Source: Spirochaetia bacterium (GTDB lineage: Bacteria; Spirochaetota; Spirochaetia; SZUA-6; Bin103). Taken from it: DNA of 64,000 nucleotides. The stretch is from the NCBI GenBank assembly GCA_965198005.1, contig CBDAOI010000004.1:256001-320000 (forward strand), given 5' to 3'. The notes under the pieces were generated by a model. That model made no database searches. It saw only the letters and a program-made list of their open reading frames with translations, and was not told where the DNA came from. Shown here piece after piece: positions 60,670 through 64,000 of the stretch (positions within the stretch are counted from its first letter, which is position 1; each line of letters begins with the position of its first letter). The position numbers were made by a program, and so were the translations under genes.

Positions 60670-61657
60670 CCGATGTCTCCTGGCGTGCGGATGCGTGCGA
60701 CCGCTCAGCCCAGAGAGTCAACCGGTCGGTGACGATGGCCCTGAGCGGCTGTTCCCCCGGCGCGAGGGTGCTGCGTCGCCGCACGTCTCTGCAGAACTCC
60801 TCAGCTTCCGCGTAGCTGATGGCGCCAAGAGACTTTGCGATGGTCTCCGCGGTGCGACCAAGCGGCTCATCGAGGGTAGCGGCGAAACGTGCGATATAGG
60901 CGGCGAGCTCTCGCCGCGTCGGTGGGTCGAGCAGGAGGCGCACCTGAAACCGGCGCCACGCCGCGCGATCAAGGAGCTCGGCGTGGTTGGTGGCGGCTAC
61001 CACCACGGTATAGCTGGGCAGATCGTCCACCTGCATCAGGAGCGACGTTACGACGCGTTTGATCTCTCCGGTCTCGTGGACGTCACCTCGCTCCTTGCCT
61101 ACCGCATCGAATTCGTCGAAGAACAGTACGCACGGGGTCGTGCGGGCGTAGTCGAAGACTCGCTTCAGACGGGCCGCGGTCTCCCCGAGAAAGCTGCCGA
61201 TCATCGCTTCATAGCGCACCACGAAGAACGGAACGGCCAACGCTTCGGCTATCGCCTCTGCGAGCGACGTCTTGCCGTTGCCGGGCGGTCCCACCAGCAA
61301 TACTCGGTGTCGCGGCTCCAGCGAGTGCGCCCGCAGCAGCGGGGCCCGGTGCTGTTCCTCGATCAACTCGTCGCACGCGCGCCGGGCAAGATCGGAGAGG
61401 ACCAACTCCGCGATCCGCCGGCGAGGGGTCAACTCAAGAAGAAACTCCCGATGATGGCGCTGGCCGTCGCCGGCGAATCTCGCCGCGGCAGGTCTTGCCC
61501 CGTTTGCGCGCATCGCCTCGGTCAGGCGCTCGGCAAGCACATTGTGCTGTTTTGCGCGTTCCTCGGCGATGATCGCTTCCGCAACGGAGCGGGCGCGCGT
61601 CGCGTCGCCGCTCGACCCGGCCTTCACCAGCGAAACGAGGAGGTCGCTCCGCGCCAT
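60527..61657 (-). CDS. AAA+ ATPase (IetA-like); true stop probably lost in the deletion at the ietS start
   Basis: GPPGNGKTS, SFLGET, FFDEFD, ETGEIKRVV and AATNH...LDRAAWRRF. Confidence 0.9.
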   Translation of the reverse strand: MARSDLLVSLVKAGSSGDATRARSVAEAIIAEERAKQHNVLAERLTEAMRANGARPAAARFAGDGQRHHREFLLELTPRRRIAELVLSDLARRACDELIEEQHRAPLLRAHSLEPRHRVLLVGPPGNGKTSLAEAIAEALAVPFFVVRYEAMIGSFLGETAARLKRVFDYARTTPCVLFFDEFDAVGKERGDVHETGEIKRVVTSLLMQVDDLPSYTVVVAATNHAELLDRAAWRRFQVRLLLDPPTRRELAAYIARFAATLDEPLGRTAETIAKSLGAISYAEAEEFCRDVRRRSTLAPGEQPLRAIVTDRLTLWAERSHASARQETSVGGVSVDARRAQAAEAGCSYLTGHGRATGWGRSSSASAPSSTKNATR

Positions 61658-61932
61658 GACAGTACCCCCGTGTTCCGAACTGCTCCGGATTGGAGCACAT
61701 TTTCCTCATGGTATGCTGCCAGGCACGGAACGTCCACCAACCGACGGCACCGGAGATCGAGGACGTCCGTCCGCCGACCGCCTCGTGATTGGACGGCCCG
61801 CCGCCGTCGCCGGATCAGGACGCGACGATCAGTTCGGTTTCGCCCGCTCCCGTGCCTGGCCGTTGCCGCGCTCGCGCAGGCGCGCCTCCAGTTCGGCCAC
61901 CCGTGATGACAGCCGCGCCACATAGCGCGACG

Positions 61933-63534
61933 ATGGCGGCCGTGCGCACGTTCAATACCGCTGGGCCGGTGCGAGTGGAACGGCACTACCAGATCGCGCC
62001 GCTGTCGCGGATCGACCTTGAGGAAGTGCTCGGCCTGATCCGCGACGAGAAGTACCTCGTGCTGCACGCGCCGCGGCAGACCGGCAAGACCTCGGCGCTG
62101 CTGGCACTGCGCGACCTGTTGAACGGCGGGGAGGCCGGTGACTTCCGCTGCATGTATGCCAACGTCGAAAACGGTCAGGCGATGCGCGAGAACGTGGCCG
62201 AAGCGATGCGCACCGTGCTTGCCGAGCTGGCGTACCAGGCGAGCGTGACGCTGGACGACGAGACCCTGGAAGAGCTGTGGCCCGCGCTTCTGGAACGGGT
62301 CGGGCCGGCTCAGGCGCTGCGCCAGGCGCTGGCGCGCTGGTGCATGGCCGACCCGCGTCCGCTGGTACTCCTGATCGACGAGATCGACGCGCTGGTGGGC
62401 GACACCCTGCTCTCCGTGCTGCGACAACTGCGTACCGGGTACGTCGACCGCCCGCGGGGCTTTCCGCACAGCATCGTCCTGTGCGGGCTGCGCGACGTGC
62501 GCGACTACCGCATCCACTCGTCGGCGGAGAACCGCCTGGTGCTCGGCGGCAGCGCGTTCAACATCAAGTCGGAGTCGTTGCGGCTCGGCGACTTTAGCGA
62601 GCAGGAGACGCGTGCCCTGACCGCGCAGCACACGGAACAGACCGGGCAGGCGTTCACGGAAGATGCGCTGGAGTTGATCTGGCAGCGCACCGCCGGCCAG
62701 CCGTGGCTGGTGAACGCGCTGTGCTACGACGCCTGCTTCCGCCATAAGCCGGGCCGCGACCGTGCGCGCCCGATCACGGCGGCGGCCGTGCTGGAGGCGC
62801 AGGAGCGGCTTATCCTGCGTCGTGACACGCACATCGACGACCTGGCGCACAAGCTGCGCGAAGAGCGTGTGCGGCTTGTCATCGAACCGATCCTGGCCGG
62901 CGCCGACGAGATCAGATTCTCCGAGGAGGATCTAGCCTACACCTGCGACCTGGGGCTGGTCGCGCGGGCCGCCGACGGGCCGCCGCACATCGCCAACCCG
63001 ATCTATGCGGAGGTGGTGCCGCGCCACCTGAACTACGTGGTCCAGGAGACGCTGCCGCAACGGATGGCGTGGTACGTGGACGCTCAGGGCGCCCTGGACG
63101 TGGCGGGGCTGATCGCGGCATTCCAGGCGTTCTTCCGGCAGCACTCCGAGCACTGGGTGCAGCGCTTCGAGCGGTACCACGAGGCAGGGCCGCAGTTGCT
63201 GCTGCAGGCGCACCTGCAGCGGGTGGTGAACGGCGGCGGCCGGATCGAGCGGGAGTACGCGCTGGGGCGAGGCACGACCGACCTGCTGATCGCGTGGCTG
63301 CAGGGTGGGCGCGAACGGCGCTGGGTGGTGGAGTGCAAGCTGCGGCGCGGCGACCTGGAGCGTACCATCGCGGAAGGACTGGCGCAGACGCGCGCCTACG
63401 TGGACCGGTGCGCTGCCGAGGCGGGCCACCTGGTCGTGTTCGATCGCTCGCCGGGGCGGACCTGGGAGCAGAAGATCTTCCGCCGCGAGGCGCCGCCCGG
63501 CGAGGACGCCTCGGTCACGGTCTGGGGCATGTAG
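61933..63534 (+). CDS. AAA-like ATPase with C-terminal PD-(D/E)XK domain
   Basis: FNTAGP, HAPRQTGKTS, LIDEID, TAGQPWL and IEREYALGRG..DL...ECK. Confidence 0.9.
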   Translation: MAAVRTFNTAGPVRVERHYQIAPLSRIDLEEVLGLIRDEKYLVLHAPRQTGKTSALLALRDLLNGGEAGDFRCMYANVENGQAMRENVAEAMRTVLAELAYQASVTLDDETLEELWPALLERVGPAQALRQALARWCMADPRPLVLLIDEIDALVGDTLLSVLRQLRTGYVDRPRGFPHSIVLCGLRDVRDYRIHSSAENRLVLGGSAFNIKSESLRLGDFSEQETRALTAQHTEQTGQAFTEDALELIWQRTAGQPWLVNALCYDACFRHKPGRDRARPITAAAVLEAQERLILRRDTHIDDLAHKLREERVRLVIEPILAGADEIRFSEEDLAYTCDLGLVARAADGPPHIANPIYAEVVPRHLNYVVQETLPQRMAWYVDAQGALDVAGLIAAFQAFFRQHSEHWVQRFERYHEAGPQLLLQAHLQRVVNGGGRIEREYALGRGTTDLLIAWLQGGRERRWVVECKLRRGDLERTIAEGLAQTRAYVDRCAAEAGHLVVFDRSPGRTWEQKIFRREAPPGEDASVTVWGM

Positions 63535-63535
63535 C

Positions 63536-64000
63536 GCCATCGTCTACCCGATGAACGCCCTCGCCAACAGCCAACACGAGGAGCTCGCGAAGTTCGAGGA
63601 CCGCGAGGTGGTCAGAGCGGCACAAGGGCTCCGGTTCCTGGTGTTCGACGAGTTGCATACGTACCGGGGCCGCCAGTGGGCCGATGTCGCGCGACGAGTA
63701 CCACCGTGTGTTGCTGGAGCGCCTACACGGGCAACATCGATGGGAGAACGAGCCTGTCCCGGACTGGACGGTCGACGACCTTGATGCGAGTGAGATCACC
63801 CGCACCATTGATGAAGCGATCCGCCGTCGTCGGGCCGAAGATCCCGGAACACGTGATCCCACGGAACTACTGCGCGCATTCGGCCTGATCCGCGGCGACC
63901 GGCTACTCCGCGCCGCGATCGTGTTGTTCGGCAGATCCGAGCGGGCGGGCGCCGAGTATCCACAGTGCATGCTACGCGTAGCGAGATTCCGCGGCACCGC
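63536..64000 (+). pseudogene. Fused fragments: DEAH helicase and RecG-like ATP-binding protein (runs off edge)
   Basis: YPMNALANSQ, DELHTYRGRQ; then DDLDASEITRTI...RAAIVLFG...LRVARFRG. Confidence 0.7.

Noticed and set aside
1-64000. CRISPR array
   Set aside because: No series of equal repeats with unique spacers was seen. The 37-bp pair at 2401-2481 has only two copies 7 bp apart, inside a pseudogene.
1-64000. tRNA or rRNA genes
   Set aside because: None recognised by eye; tRNAscan and Rfam were not run.

Overview
GC-rich bacterial genomic window with three zones. The substrate-binding-protein N-terminus resembles spirochaete lipoprotein-like SBPs, but host identity is only an inference. 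(1) 1-24 kb: the 5' part of ppc, then a heavily nested mobile-DNA island. Two IS3 copies form a 20.2-kb composite transposon that splits an istB gene with a GGT target duplication. It carries a low-GC peptide/nickel ABC transporter lacking ATPase genes, two inverted copies of a class E-like group II intron (one interrupted by a RIT element), an IS1634 remnant, a fragment of a third intron, and an IS110 recombinase whose upstream non-coding region has bridge-RNA-like donor guides matching the adjacent junction. (2) 24-42.6 kb: mostly housekeeping genes, including a thioesterase, an atypically ordered cytochrome c oxidase cluster with putative Cu-handling genes, apt, RecQ, an SDR and a Na+-translocating acyl-CoA decarboxylase, plus a GmrSD-type islet. 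(3) 42.6-64 kb: a defence island. It holds an ABC-ATPase/nuclease pair, an intact SNF2 helicase-Mre11/SbcD-Rad50/SbcC-like operon (best protein-level candidate for an undescribed system), TA modules, a decayed IetAS-type ATPase/S8 protease pair, and many fused fragments of DISARM-like and restriction-modification genes. All assignments come from motif reading; no searches were run.
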